From positions 31,868,001 through 31,932,000 of the forward strand of contig OZ024746.1 in the NCBI GenBank assembly GCA_964016885.1: 64,000 nt of DNA, written 5' to 3'. Of this stretch, positions 29,112 to 42,231 are shown piece by piece. Position 1 is the stretch's first letter, and the number at the start of each line of letters is the position of its first letter. Position numbers and translations under genes: made by a program. Origin of the DNA: Eledone cirrhosa (taxonomy: Eukaryota). A model generated the notes under the pieces. It did no database searches, was not told the DNA's origin, and was given only the letters and a program-made list of their open reading frames with translations.

Positions 29112-29357
29112 AAAATTGAACGGGAACAAAACAGAGAGGCAGTACGAACAAAGGTTTATTAGTTTCACGCTCTTGAGAGTGGAGTGGTGGTCTACTACCC
29201 CAAGTATCGAGTACTCTGGTGAGTAATTTTCTAACCACTTTCAAACTGATTTATATATATATACCAAGTGGAAACTACGCATCGAGTGCTCACTCTGGTG
29301 AACTTACAGTAACTGGACGTTACATCCCCCCTCTCTCTCTATATATATATATAATAT

Positions 29358-29430
<73 letters not shown>

Positions 29431-30609
29431 AATAGACAGACAGATATGTAAGGCGTTATAAATATATATACATCCTATAGACATTCTCAATCTTCATATT
29501 TACTTAAAATATGGATTTAGTAAAATATTTATTGTCTATAAACTGGTGGAAATTGGAATGTTTTTTTCTGTTAAGTAAAGTGTTTATTAATACCGCAAGG
29601 GCATTGCCATTGAATCCAAAGTAAACAGAGGTTCTCTAGTGAGAAAAATAACATTGAAAACTTTTTCAAATATTTTCTTGTTGAAGTCAATTCAGTTTTC
29701 AGTAAAATAAGAGAAAGGAGCTGATCAATAAATCGGTCCACTGAAACTATGCCAAACGCCATATTCCAGAGGTTAGGTTTCGACTGAGGACGTACGTCGC
29801 CATATCAGATACGGTTAAACCCGCTGTCTGATTAGTTAACAATTCCGCTTGTCCACGGCACATGGTACTGTATGTATCGACCCAGAAAGGATGAAAGGCA
29901 AAGTTTATCTCGGCGGGATTTAAACTGAGAATGCAGAGAGCTGGAACAAATACTGAGATATTTAAACCGACACTCTGATGACTTTGCCAACTTTGCAGTT
30001 CAGTATCAACATATCGTTAATCCGCTCAAGTTGTTGATGTTCACCGGCAACTTCATATCTCACGCCATTGTTTAAAGTTTATGAACGCTAATTCATTTGC
30101 AAGCTATCGTTTTCAGAAGACAGTATTTCTGTCGATGTTTCGTGACTACACAAATATTTCGATGATGAGAAATGATTGTGTATGTTACGGTAAACACCAA
30201 GATATATGGATTCTATTTCTGGTTCAGGTTACTTAGTCGATATCGCATGTAACATACCATCAGGACAAAATCACACTATTTTGCATCTGCGGTATGTGAG
30301 CACGGCAGTTTTATCTTCCGAACGTAATATATAAGGGTGTACCCTTGAATTACTCTATAGACAGTTACAGAAGGGGGATAAATGATAGATTTTTACAGTA
30401 AAAAAAACTGCGTGTCATCAAAAACACTTGTAATCTGATAACATTTATAGTCTATTTTAATATCGTAGATGTCTTTGTTCATTGGATGGCGTTTGGCATT
30501 CTCTTTTATTTGTTGAAATATTTCACACTAGACACACTTAAATATCACACATTCCCCTCCAAATTAGTACAGATAGGGTTTACAGAATATTGTTTAGAGC
30601 GTGTGTCCA

Positions 30610-30950
30610 CATTGGTGATGATGGTGCTGGTGATTGTTGTATTGGTGGTTGGGGTGTTGATTGTCGTGTTTTTGGGGTTGTTTTGTTGTTGTAAATGGTG
30701 GTGGTGGCAGTAGTAGTGGTGATTGTGTTGTTGTTGATGTTGGTTTTGTTGTTTGTGGTGGTGATGGTGGTGGGGATTGTCGATGTTGATGGTGATATGG
30801 TGGTGGTGATTGTGGTGGTGGTAGTGGCGGTGGTGATGGGGATGGGGATGATTGTGGCAGTGGGGATGATTGTGGTGGGGGTGGTGATGGTGGTGATTGT
30901 GGTGGTGGTGGTGGTAGTTGTGGTGGTGGTGATGATTGTGGTGGCGTGTG
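30610..30950. repeat. Degenerate (GGT/GAT/GTT)n simple repeat
   Basis: Trinucleotide low-complexity sequence. Confidence 0.9.
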
Positions 30951-31182
30951 ACCAATATTTACGGGCTCGCATTGGAATCACAAAGATGAGGTTCAGAAAT
31001 TAGAAGAGGATTAAAAAAGGGGCGAGTGTGTGGGTAGGAAATATATGTGAAAAAATACAACTCAACTTCAAAAGGAGTGAAAATACACATATAACGACAG
31101 TTACATCATTACAACACAAACAATTGACGAACAACTTCCGACACTTTAATCTTTCATCCTACTACAGTACACAATATATGAA

Positions 31183-31402
31183 TAATGGTTTCTGATATAG
31201 GCACAAGGCCAGCAATTTTGTGGGGAGGGAAAGTCGAGTAAATCGATCCCAGTGCGTGACTGGTATTTTATTTTATCGACCCTCTAAGGATGAAAAGCAA
31301 AGCTAACCTCGGCAGGATTTGAACTCAGAATGTAAAGGGCCGTAACTCTATGCCACGAAGAAGGATGTCCGACGCTCTACCGATTCTGCCAAATCACCGT
31401 CC
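31183..31402 (-). mobile_element. SINE family A
   Basis: Reverse complement of consensus. Confidence 0.85.
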
Positions 31403-32138
31403 TACCTTTATGAATAATGCCACACTAACTACTCCACTGGTTATAACTATTATAATACTAATCTATTTAACTAGATTTGAAGTGTCATTTCTTTAGCTAA
31501 ACTAAAAAAAATTAAAAAAAGGTCAAGGGAATTAACCTTGTTTTACTCATCAAGTAGTAACATTTATATGAATTTATTTGAGTTTATTTCAATATATTTT
31601 AATGTGACCTTTTAAAATTTCATTGAAAAATTGCTAAAACTTGGAAATAATACAAAATAATTCTAAAGAAGATAAAAACAATACAGAGAATAATTGGTGC
31701 CGGAAGGAGGAGGATGAGGATGAGGATGAGGAGGGGGGGGGGGTAAGTTGGGTGCAGCGGTTGTAGAAATGGTATGTAGTGGTGTGGAATATTAGCAGAA
31801 GAGGAGGGTAGGTGGTGGTGGAAGAGGAGAAGGAGGAGGAGGAGAAGAAGAAGAAGAAGAAGAAGAAGAAGAAGAAGAAGAAGAAGAAGAAGAATTAAGT
31901 GCAGTGCAGTGGTTGTAGAAATGGTATGAAATGGTGTGGAATATTAGCAGAGGAAGGGGAAGGAGAGGGAGAGTTAAGTGCATTGGTTGTAAAAATGTGA
32001 AAATGTCACACACAACGACAATAACATGTTTTTTTGGCTGACAATGATGTTGTGATGTGAGAAAAATAGGTTAATTACTGTTTTAGGTGGCACTTTAGAC
32101 AGCAGGACATGTTTTTTACGGTTGTTGTTGTTGTTATT

Positions 32139-33235
32139 GGGCGGTGAATTGACAGTATAGGTAGAGCGTCGGACACCATTATTTGCGTCATCGAGTCGCG
32201 GCCCTTTACGTTCTGATTTCACATCCTGCCGAAGTTAGCTTTACCTTTCATCCTTACGGGGTTGATAAAATAAAGTACCAGTAACGCACTGGGGTCGATT
32301 TAATCGACTCCCCCCACCTCAAAGAAAAATTGTTGGCTTTGTGTCCGGTGGATTGGCAGTATCGGTAGAGGGTCGGACGCCATGCTTTCCAGCATAGTTA
32401 CGTCCCTTTACGATCTGAGTTCAAATCCCGCCGAGGTTGACTTTGCCTTTCATCCTTACGGAGTCGATAAAATAAAGTACCAGTAATGCACTGGGTAATT
32501 TGCTGGCCTTGTGCCTAAAGTAGAGACAATTATTATTGGGCAGTGGATCGGCAGAGAACCGGACGCCATGCCTTGTAGCATAGAGTTACGGCCCTTTACG
32601 GTCCGAGTTCAAATCCCGCCGAGGTTAACTTTACCTTTTATATTTACGGACTCGATAAAATAAAGTACCAGTAATGCACTGAGATAATTGCTGGCCTTGT
32701 GCCAAAAATAGAAACAATTATTATTGGATGGTGGATTTGCAGAATCGGTAGAGTGCCGGATAAAATGTTTTGTGGCATAGAGTTCCGACTTTCTACGTTC
32801 TGAGTTCAAATCCTGGCAAGATTAGCTTTGCGGGGTCGATATAATAAAATACCAGTAACTCTCGCTCTCTGATCGATCGACAAGATCCCAGAACTCATTC
32901 GCTTGCCGAGTGGGGTGGACCTCGTCAAATCGGATCAAGGAAACAATGTTTCCATAGGTCTTTCCATTGCTGATACTATCAACCTGTCGCAACTCCAGGC
33001 AGAATTAAACTCGCAACATCACGATTGCGAATCCAACTCTCTAGCCACTAAGCCACGCGCCTTAACAGAAATGCACTGGGGTCGATTCAATCAACTTTCC
33101 CGTTCCCTTCAAATTGTTGGCCTTGTGCCAATGTTAGCTAGAAAGAATTATTATGGCAGAGTCGTTAGAGCGCCGTATAAAATACTTTGCGTCATTTATT
33201 CAGGCTATTTACGTTTTCTGTTCAAATACCGCCGA
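32139..33235 (+). mobile_element. Cluster of at least five head-to-tail SINE family A copies with an antisense family B fragment (~32940-33062)
   Basis: Heads at ~32139, 32347, 32538, 32728 and 33153. Confidence 0.85.
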
Positions 33236-33749
33236 CACAATCGATAAACTAAGTAGCAGACATGAGTAAATAATTAATGTGGCTGATATGATTGATTGGA
33301 TCAAGACGGTGCTCCAGTATGGCCTCTATCTAATGGTTGAAATCTGTAAAACAATGAAAGCATAATATAAAACACGTATAAAAAGTTAGGTAATTCTTTA
33401 TTTGTATTTTGATAGTGAAGAGGTTTCACGGAGGAGGGTCCGTGGAGAGGGGTCCATGAAAGGGAGTCCATGGAGGAGGATCCATGGAAGGGGGTCCGTG
33501 GGGGGGGGGGGTCCGCAGAGAAGGTTCCGTTGAGAAGATTCTTTAAAGTAGGTCTCATGGGAAAGGTTCTGCTGAGAAGTTTCATGGAGAAGGTTCCACA
33601 TACATACATACATACATACATACATACATACATACATACAATACACACATACACACATACACACATACATACATACATACATACATACATACATACACAC
33701 ATACATACATACGTACATACATACATACATACATACATACATACATACA

Positions 33750-33807
<58 letters not shown>

Positions 33808-34096
33808 TGAAAAGTCTGGGCAAGGGAGCAGAAAGCGTTGTGCTGTGAATGAAATGAAACTGGGTACAATATCTGAAGTTGAGAAGGTGATGGAAGAAAC
33901 GGAGGTTGTTTTAATAGGTTTATTTAGTCTCGATTGTTATTTATATAGCCGGCATTATTTATAGTTTCTCTTTATAAACCAAAACTCTTGTGGCTTTTGA
34001 ACTAACAACAACTAATTAAAACATCACTTGTAATCTCTCTAGAAATGTTGTAGACTGCCACAATACCTAAGTACTCTCTCTCTCTCTCTCTCTCTC

Positions 34097-34153
<57 letters not shown>

Positions 34154-34209
34154 AAAATTTTCGCTCTACATGGCTGAATACAATAAATGTAATCTGAGTT
34201 TTTCGAATA

Positions 34210-34605
34210 TTAATAATTGTTTCTACTTTTGGCACAAGGCCAGCAATTACTCAGTGTATTACTGGTACTTTATTTTATCGACCCCGTAAGGATGAAAGGC
34301 AAAGTTAACCTCGGCGGGATTTGAACTCAGAATGGAAAGGGCCGTAATTCTTTGCGTCAAAGCATGGCGCCCGACCCTCTACCAATACTGCCAATCCACC
34401 GCCTTTCGAATATTAATAATTGTTTCTACTTTAGGCACAAGGCCAGCAATTACCCAGTGCATTACTGGTACTTTATTTTATCGACCCCGTAAAGATGAAA
34501 GGCAAAGTCAACCTCGGAGGGATTTGAACTCAGATCGTAAAGGGACGTAACTATGCTGGAAAGCATGGCGTCCGACCCTCTACCGATACTGCCAATCCAC
34601 CGTTC
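34210..34605 (-). mobile_element. Two tandem SINE family A copies bracketed by ttcgaatattaataat repeats
   Basis: TSD-like motif at ~34201, 34405 and 34603. Confidence 0.85.
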
Positions 34606-34721
34606 GAATATTAATAATAACATTCGATTCGTTTGCAATTATGCAAACAAGCCTCAATTTTATAGCCATGTCAGTAGAATGAACCCTTCATTCTTGCTCT
34701 TGTGCTGGCATGTGAACAGAA

Positions 34722-34765
34722 CTGCAGACACTAATGTTTCTGGGTATCACCCTTCATCAGTACAG
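34722..34765 (-). ncRNA. Canonical type I hammerhead ribozyme
   Basis: ctgta-CTGATGA-a-gggt/accc-a-GAAACA-ttag-TGTC-tgcag; stem I extended by gtgaacag/ctgttcac. Confidence 0.85.
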
Positions 34766-35130
34766 CTCACTGTTCACCTGAATCGAATGTTATTATTAAT
34801 GTTCGAAAAACTCAGATTACATTTATTATATAATATATATATACTATATATATATATATAATATATATATAATATATATATAATATATATATATATTATT
34901 ATAAATGTAATCTATCGCCGTATTTTTGACTAAAGAATTAAAAAAATTATTTAGCCTGATAGTGGGGTTAAGAACCCTCGCAGAAATGGAAAAAGATGAG
35001 TATTGACGTATACCTATCCACCTATTTTCTATCTATTTATCTCTTTCTCTATCTCCTTCTCTTTTTCCCTCTCTTTCTCTCTCTATATATATTTTAATTT
35101 CTCTATTACCTCTCTCTCTATCTCATCTAC

Positions 35131-35200
<70 letters not shown>

Positions 35201-35259
35201 TTCTCAAACAAGTATATGGAACTGTTTACTTAACCAATAAGCTGGCATTAAATCAATCC

Positions 35260-35460
35260 CGACCTCTCCCTACCTCCCCTACATCTCCTTACCTCCCCCC
35301 TCCCCCTCCCCACATCTCCTACCTCTCCCGACCTCTCCCTACCTCCCCTACCTCTCCCTACGTCGCCTACCTCCCCCTACATTTCCCTACATTTCCCTAC
35401 CTCTCCCTACCTCCCCTATCTCTCCCTACCTCCTACTACATCTCCCTACCTCTCCCTACC
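35260..35460. repeat. C-rich 9-10-bp tandem repeat (ctctccctac)
   Basis: Direct inspection. Confidence 0.85.
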
Positions 35461-35559
35461 ACCATTGACACCTCTTTATTTTCTTACCCACCCCAAATAA
35501 TTAAGACTGACATAACAGGAGGCCGGGCTGTGTTTGTAGTTGTTCCCTTTTTAATTGGT

Positions 35560-35900
35560 TCTTGATGGGTATCTTTGTTTAAGTGTGTACTTTAAGATTG
35601 TTTTAATGGATCGCTTAGTTTAAGTGGTTTGTTGTGTACTTCAAGACATCCAAAGTGTTTAATGGGTCTCTCCGTTTAAGTGTTTTGATGTGTACACCAC
35701 GGCATCCAAAGTGTTTAGGGGTCACTATATTTAAGTGTTTAGGTGTGTACACAACGACATCCAAAGTGTTTAGGGGGTCTCTCTGTTTAAGTGTTTAGAT
35801 GTGTACACCATGGCATCCAAAGTGTTTAAGGGATCTCTCTGTTTAAGCGTTTAGGTGTGTACATCAAGGCGTCCAAAGTGTTTAAGGGGTTTCTCTGTTT
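35560..35900. repeat. ~56-bp minisatellite, ~6 copies
   Basis: catccaaagtg recurs at 35647, 35703, 35758 and 35814, with a variant at ~35870. Confidence 0.9.
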
Positions 35901-35944
35901 AACCGTTCACTTAAATACAGTGTTTAACCATTCCATGACCGTCT

Positions 35945-36220
35945 TAACTGGTACTTTATTTTATCGACCCCAAGCAGAAGAAAGGCAAAGCTGACCTTGG
36001 CGGGATTTGAACTCAGAACGTAAAAAGTCGTAACAAAATGCGCAAAACACTTTGTCCGACGCTCTACCGATTCTGCCAACGCACTGCCCACACCAGCTTA
36101 ATAATTATTTTTAACATTGGCACAAGGCCAGCAAGCTGGAGGAAGTTAAAGTCGATTATATCGACCCCAGTACTTAACAGGTACTTTATTTTATCAACCC
36201 TGGATGGGAGAAAGACAAAG
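35945..36220 (-). mobile_element. Two SINE family A fragments
   Basis: Core reverse complement present twice. Confidence 0.75.
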
Positions 36221-36421
36221 TTAGTAATATAAGTTATTATATATCTAAATCTCTCCAAATTCTTGATTGTTTTCAAAGTTAATTAGAAAAATAGACAGTG
36301 TCTTTCATTAGAAATATGGTTAGAAAGTGTTAAATAAGACAGTTGACATAGATAAAATCCATACTATCATTCAAAATCACTGAACCATCCTACCTTCGTT
36401 TGTCGTTGATATTTACTGAAC

Positions 36422-36640
36422 ATTAACTTTATCAATAACGGTGGATTGGCAGTATCGGTAGAGGGTCAGACACCATGCTTTCCAGCATAGTTACGTCCCT
36501 TTACGATCTGAGTTCAAATCCCGCCGAGGTTGACTTTGCCTTTCATCCTTACGAGGTCGATAAAATAAAGTACCAGTAATGCACTGGAATAATTGATGGC
36601 CTTGTGCCAAAAGTAGAAACAATTAACTTTATCAATAACG
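36422..36640 (+). mobile_element. SINE family A with 19-bp target-site duplication
   Basis: attaactttatcaataacg at 36422-36440 and 36622-36640. Confidence 0.92.
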
Positions 36641-36824
36641 CAGTTCAGGGTTGACCAACCTACAAAACTGTCGAATCATGGCAACATGAAATGTGAAGAG
36701 AGAGGTTAACTATAGTACACTATATAGGGAATAGGTAGACTGTACTGTATGTAGAGATAATAGAGATTTTATACTGTATATATAATGAGTAGAGATACTG
36801 TACTATATGTATAGAGTGTAGAGA

Positions 36825-37415
36825 TGCTTGTTCATGGTCTACTACTGGGTCGCCTACCTGTTGGCTTTGTCCGTAAAATCTGTCCAGTAATTCTTTCCTT
36901 ACACATTCTGACCACATCTCAATTCGAAGAAGTAGCGGCTCTACCTGGAACGACCCTCAGATCTCCGAGTTATGCATTCTGTCGAATAACGTTACTCCAA
37001 AGACCCTTTGCAGGAACACCATTTCGGCCACTTGTATTCGCGATCATATTCTTTCGCTCATTACACAAGATCTATGACCATAGGTAAGGGTTGGCATGAA
37101 TACCGAATTGAAGATAGCAGATTTGGCTTTTACACCTTCTTTTACACTCACTTCTTCTGATTACGGAAGGCTGAAGCCGATACATCATCACTTCATCACT
37201 TCATCACTTAATTCAGCCTCCTGCCTTCCATCATTCATGAACACGTTGTCGAGATACTTGAACTTCTCCACCTGCTTCAGTGGAACTCCACTCCTTTGAG
37301 AGGAAGAGTTCTCAGCCTTTACAGCACTGATTTTCACTCCTGTCGAGTAGCACTCGACAGCAAACCTATCCAGTGTATGTCGGAAATCACCTTCTGACGA
37401 GTTAAGTAATACCAT
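36825..37415 (-). mobile_element. RTE-clade LINE fragment, degenerate
   Basis: GVKISAVKAE...GVPLKQVEKFKYL...DGRQEAE; FNSVFMPTLTYG. Confidence 0.8.
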
Positions 37416-37714
37416 ATATATAGTCTAAATGTTGACAAAAATGTCATGTTTCATAGCTATATTTAAATATATAAGACGGGTCTCTGAACTATGAGGACCT
37501 TGAGCTGCATTTCACATAGCCTTTAGGTAAATACGGTACTGATTATAGGACTGCTAGATAAATACATAGTGAGCCATGATTCAACAATTGTGTATGGTGG
37601 TCAACAGAGAAATGGGTTATGGACAAACAAAGTGTATTGTTCAGTAAACCAGTAAATATCAACGACAAGAGAGAGGAGGGAGGAAAACAGAAACAGAAAG
37701 AGAAAGGAAACGAA

Positions 37715-37782
<68 letters not shown>

Positions 37783-37946
37783 GTTTGTAGTTGTAAGGCC
37801 CAGACAATGAAAGTATGGATATAGAATATAAATGCAAATGCAAAAGATATTTTTATCTTAAATTTATTTAAATAAATTTAAGGTAAAAGACTAATTGTCA
37901 ACAATATCTTTGAAGCATTGTGTAATGAGGTATAAACGTTTGTAAC

Positions 37947-37978
<32 letters not shown>

Positions 37979-38035
37979 TCAACAATACCAACCACCTGAT
38001 ATTTAATGTGATAAATAGTAATTTAATAACACATA

Positions 38036-38219
38036 CGAGGGTCGGCTGAAAAAGTTCATAGGCTGACCAAGATACTCTCATGGAATGACCAAATGAGGTT
38101 TATTTTTCAATATAGTCCCTGAAAGACAATGCTTTTATTAAAGAGTTGAAATTAATGCATGCAAGATTTCACAGCCCTCTTGTTTATAGTCAGCGTATGA
38201 ACTTTTCAGCTGACTCTTG
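38036..38219. mobile_element. Mariner-like MITE with TA TSD
   Basis: TA|cgagggtcggctgaaaaagttcataggctgac ... gtcagcgtatgaacttttcagctgactcttg|TA. Confidence 0.85.
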
Positions 38220-38679
38220 TATTTTCAGAGGCAGATGTGTCACTCCCTCATTTAAATATATTTTCGAATCAACCAATCAAAATGCTCCATTTTCGTTGTG
38301 CAGTCTCGTAATTCATTTGAAATTCGTTCACGATGAGAACTGGATTGTATGTCTGTTGATCGGATTCATTGTCAAACTAGCAATGTGTCAAGAAAATAAA
38401 ATACAGATCCAATGTTTCAGATTGAGGAAGCACTGGAAGAAAATCATGGTTGGACAATCGTAAAAAAGAGTTTTGCCAAAACAGGAAACGAAATTTTGCA
38501 AATGTTTTAGTTTATATATATTTTTTCCTTATTTCATTTAACCCATTCTCATTTCTTTCTTGGTGAAAAGTTAATGCCCGATACGTTAAAAACACTTCTT
38601 TCTTCATTGCATAAAAGCGTCAACCTAATAATAATTATATGTATAACCCGCAGTGTTAACCCACCCACTCCCAGTTGCT

Positions 38680-38825
38680 GAAGCAAGTATTCATTTTCTG
38701 TTGAATTGGCTGCAACAACGTGAAATGAAGTGTCTTGCCGAAGAACACAACGTGCTGTCCAGACCAGGAATTGAACCCATAACATTAGGATCGTAATTTC
38801 ACCACCCTAACCACAAGGCTGCACA
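38680..38825 (-). mobile_element. SINE family B
   Basis: gtgaaatgaagtgtcttgcc...ggaattgaaccc. Confidence 0.65.
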
Positions 38826-39044
38826 AGTGTGTGTAAGTTGTAGATGCTGAAAACTTTGTATAGACATAGGGGTAACATGAAATAACATAATATAGTTTGA
38901 GAGGAAACGTTAGGGAGAAATTCTAGAAGTATTTAGTTGTGTCGCAAGGAGGGAGTATAACAGCATGTGGTAGTGTTTAGTAATGTTTAGTAAAGCACTA
39001 GTGAGATAGACAGTACAATAGCATGTTTACTGCAGTTGCTACTA

Positions 39045-39260
39045 ATAATAACAATAACAATTTCTTTATTAGCAACACAGGGCTCACATTAAGAAAGCAT
39101 TAAAGACTGCACAGGACGGTACAGTGTGGGTTTTCTTTTTCTTGGTGTAAAATAAAATTTATAACAGAAACTAAGTGACTAAGAAAATAAACATTAAAAA
39201 TATCAAACAAAACAGATTCCCTAAAAGCGGGGAGACTCTGAGGGTCACGCGTGGAGAAAG
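39045..39260 (-). mobile_element. LINE 3' UTR fragment, same family as 9510-9720
   Basis: Shared tttctttattagc...gtgtgggttt. Confidence 0.65.
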
Positions 39261-39378
39261 CCTAAATCATCATCATAATAATAATACTATTATTACTACT
39301 ACAAGTATCATTATTATTATTACTATGACCTAGATATACCAAAATCTGAAAGAGAGATACATTACAGTCGAAAAAATT

Positions 39379-39431
<53 letters not shown>

Positions 39432-39571
39432 AGAGGAGAGAGAGAAGGGGAAAGTGAAAAAGAAAGAAATACACATATATAAATAAATTCCAACTCACAA
39501 ATTACAACAAGGTGAGGCGATTATTGTTGATAGGTTCATTATGGTTTCTCTTGGGAACATTTCATCCCCCC

Positions 39572-39669
<98 letters not shown>

Positions 39670-39811
39670 TAATTAAAGTTAGATTTTCTAAATATCAAGG
39701 TTTCCCGGTTAGATTCAATGTTTCTTTTTCCTATTTCTTCTGTGCTCTCCCACAGAACACTCCTTCTTTTTCTTCCCCCTCCTTATCTCTCACCCCCCCC
39801 CCTCTCTCTCT

Positions 39812-39885
<74 letters not shown>

Positions 39886-40059
39886 GCCTTCGTTAATTTC
39901 CTTACTCTCTCCACCTCATTAAAAACAGTTTTATTCTGTGAGAATGAGACGACAGAAGTTTTATTATTACTCCCAACCAATCTGATCAAAGAACTGACAG
40001 CAGACCTAATAAAAATGATAAATGTAAAGAGAATTTAAAAGTTTTTGTATGTTTTTCAA

Positions 40060-40465
40060 TAGTTAAAAAGACTCTTCCATGATGTAATTGTCTACCAATG
40101 TTTCTATATCGACGTGATAATATCAGTGGGGGTAGAAACTCGGCTCTTCTGCAAATATCACAACTGTAAAGATTCATAAATCATTTGTTTTGTGAACAAT
40201 AATAAATAACTTGCCAGACAAGTACAACTGTGGCTTAAATGACTGTTCCATGATGTAATTGCTTTAATGTCAATACATAGTCTCAGATCAAGTCACTTGC
40301 CAGACAAGTACAACTGTGGCAAAAATGACTCTTCCATGATGTAATTGTTTTAGTTTCAACATAATCTTAGATCAAGTCATTTGCCAGATAAGTACAACTG
40401 TAGTTAAAATGACTGTTCCGTGATATAATTGCTTTAATTTCAACACAGACAAGTACAACTGTGAT
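40060..40465. repeat. ~85-bp tandem repeat, ~3.5 copies
   Basis: ttgccaga(c/t)aagtacaactgt at 40211, 40297 and 40381. Confidence 0.85.
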
Positions 40466-40628
40466 ATTTCGAATGTTTCTGTCAGGCTATTAAAACCCCC
40501 GAGGTCCAGTTTTACATGTTGCCTGAGAAGATAACATCTATGCAACAATCTCTCTTTATTAAGCACTGCACAAAGAAGATTCACAGGGCAGTTGAGAAGC
40601 TTTCCCCGAAAAAAGGAGTCTTCGAAAC

Positions 40629-40874
40629 TTAACCCATTTGAAACTGCCTCAGATTATACGATACAAATTTTCTATTATTTTTAAGTGTTTATATGTATCT
40701 AAAAACCTTCCATCACCATCTTATGTAAGAACATTTGTTAAGTTACGCTCCAAACATCAAGTTAGTAATGAGTAAGTTATAATACCAAATACCTTTAAGT
40801 TTTTGACTATTTTCAAAATTAATTGAAAATCATACGCTGTATTTTTCATTGAAAAATGGTAACGAAATGGTTAA
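40629..40874. mobile_element. TTAA-flanked MITE, second family
   Basis: TTAA|cccatttg...gaaatgg|TTAA; partial duplication follows. Confidence 0.5.
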
Positions 40875-41034
40875 GTTATGTTCCGAACACCATGACTGTT
40901 TTTATTAAATCACTCTAAGTTATTGATTATATTCAAAATAAATTGAACATCATGGACAGTACCTTTCATTAGAAATATGACAACAGAAAGAAAAGCTGTT
41001 ATTACATAAATAATATATAACTTTCTGTGAAGAA

Positions 41035-41290
41035 ACGTGGTTTCATGGTTAGAGAGATCGTCTCACGATCGTAAAGTCGGGAGTTTGAAACCTGGTAGCA
41101 CGTAGTGTCCTTGAGCAAGACACTTTATTTCATGTTGCTCCAATCATATTCAGTTGGCGAGAATAAGTTGTACCTGTGATTCAGAGGATGTTTTGTCACA
41201 CATTGTGTTATGCTGAATCTTCCTAAGAATTACGTTAAGAGTACACGAGACTGTGTAATGGTCAACCACTTGATCGTTAATTCCAAGAGC
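41035..41290 (+). mobile_element. SINE family B
   Basis: gtgtccttgagcaagacactttatttcatgttgctcc. Confidence 0.7.
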
Positions 41291-42044
41291 TGGATTAAGG
41301 ATGTGTGGAGGAGAGCAAAATAGTCACTGAGAGTGGCACTCCATATGAGGTATTTACCTCTAACCCAAGGACATGGATAGGTTTGTCGGGCCCCATTCCA
41401 TCGTCCTTGGGAAATCTGACTGACTCCAGAACCAGGAAGATTAGGCAATCTTGTGTTGCATTATCCTTCTGTCTTGTAATCTTTATATTCTTCCTCAAAA
41501 GAAACAGATTTTTTAACAAAGAAACAAAATGCTAGGAATTTAGATAACAACGTTAAAGAGCTATAAGTTGAATTTTAGAAAAGTCGTGCATATTTTTTAC
41601 TGTTCCACTTACAGATTTAATTTACAAACTGTTTGTTAGCTGTTGAGTAAGGGGATTGACACGAAGAAGGGCATCCAGCCGTAAAACATTGCTTCTAAAA
41701 CCCCAAATTGAGCATGAGGCATTTCATGAAGCCAACAAAGCTGATCCCTATTTTAGCAGGGGAGATGGTCTGAAAACGCTGCTGTTGTTGCATTTACGCT
41801 CCGTGTTCAAACCCTGCCACAGTTGACTTCATTATTTATTTCAAATATTGATATCGATTATACAGATTGTAACCTTCCCACCAAATATATGGTTTTAGGC
41901 CTATCTAGGAAATCAATATAAATTTCTAACTGAAAAGTAATTTCACTAAAATTAAATTAAGAATGAAAAAATCTTAAATGAAAAACAAATTTTGAAATTC
42001 AATGAAAGAAATTAAACAAAAAATTAACTGAAGAGAAACAAAAT

Positions 42045-42050
42045 TTTATT
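42045..42050 (-). terminator. Candidate polyA signal of the beta-lactamase-like gene (~1.9-kb 3' UTR)
   Basis: AATAAA on the minus strand followed by a strongly U-rich tract (41950-42040); nearer AATAAA motifs also exist. Confidence 0.4.
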
Positions 42051-42190
42051 AATTTGGTATACACTTCATGTTGTCGTTATTGTACAGAGCAAAAATGTTT
42101 TTGTTTTGTTCTATAGAACAATTTTTATAATAGTTCAGAGCAAAAGTGTTGCTGTTGTGGTTGATTTTGTGGTAAAAAGCAAGATTTGTT

Positions 42191-42231
<41 letters not shown>

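Noticed and set aside
30545-31003. His-rich, Thr-rich (mucin-like) and Val-rich ORFs
   Set aside because: Degenerate trinucleotide repeat with no exon boundaries or domain content.
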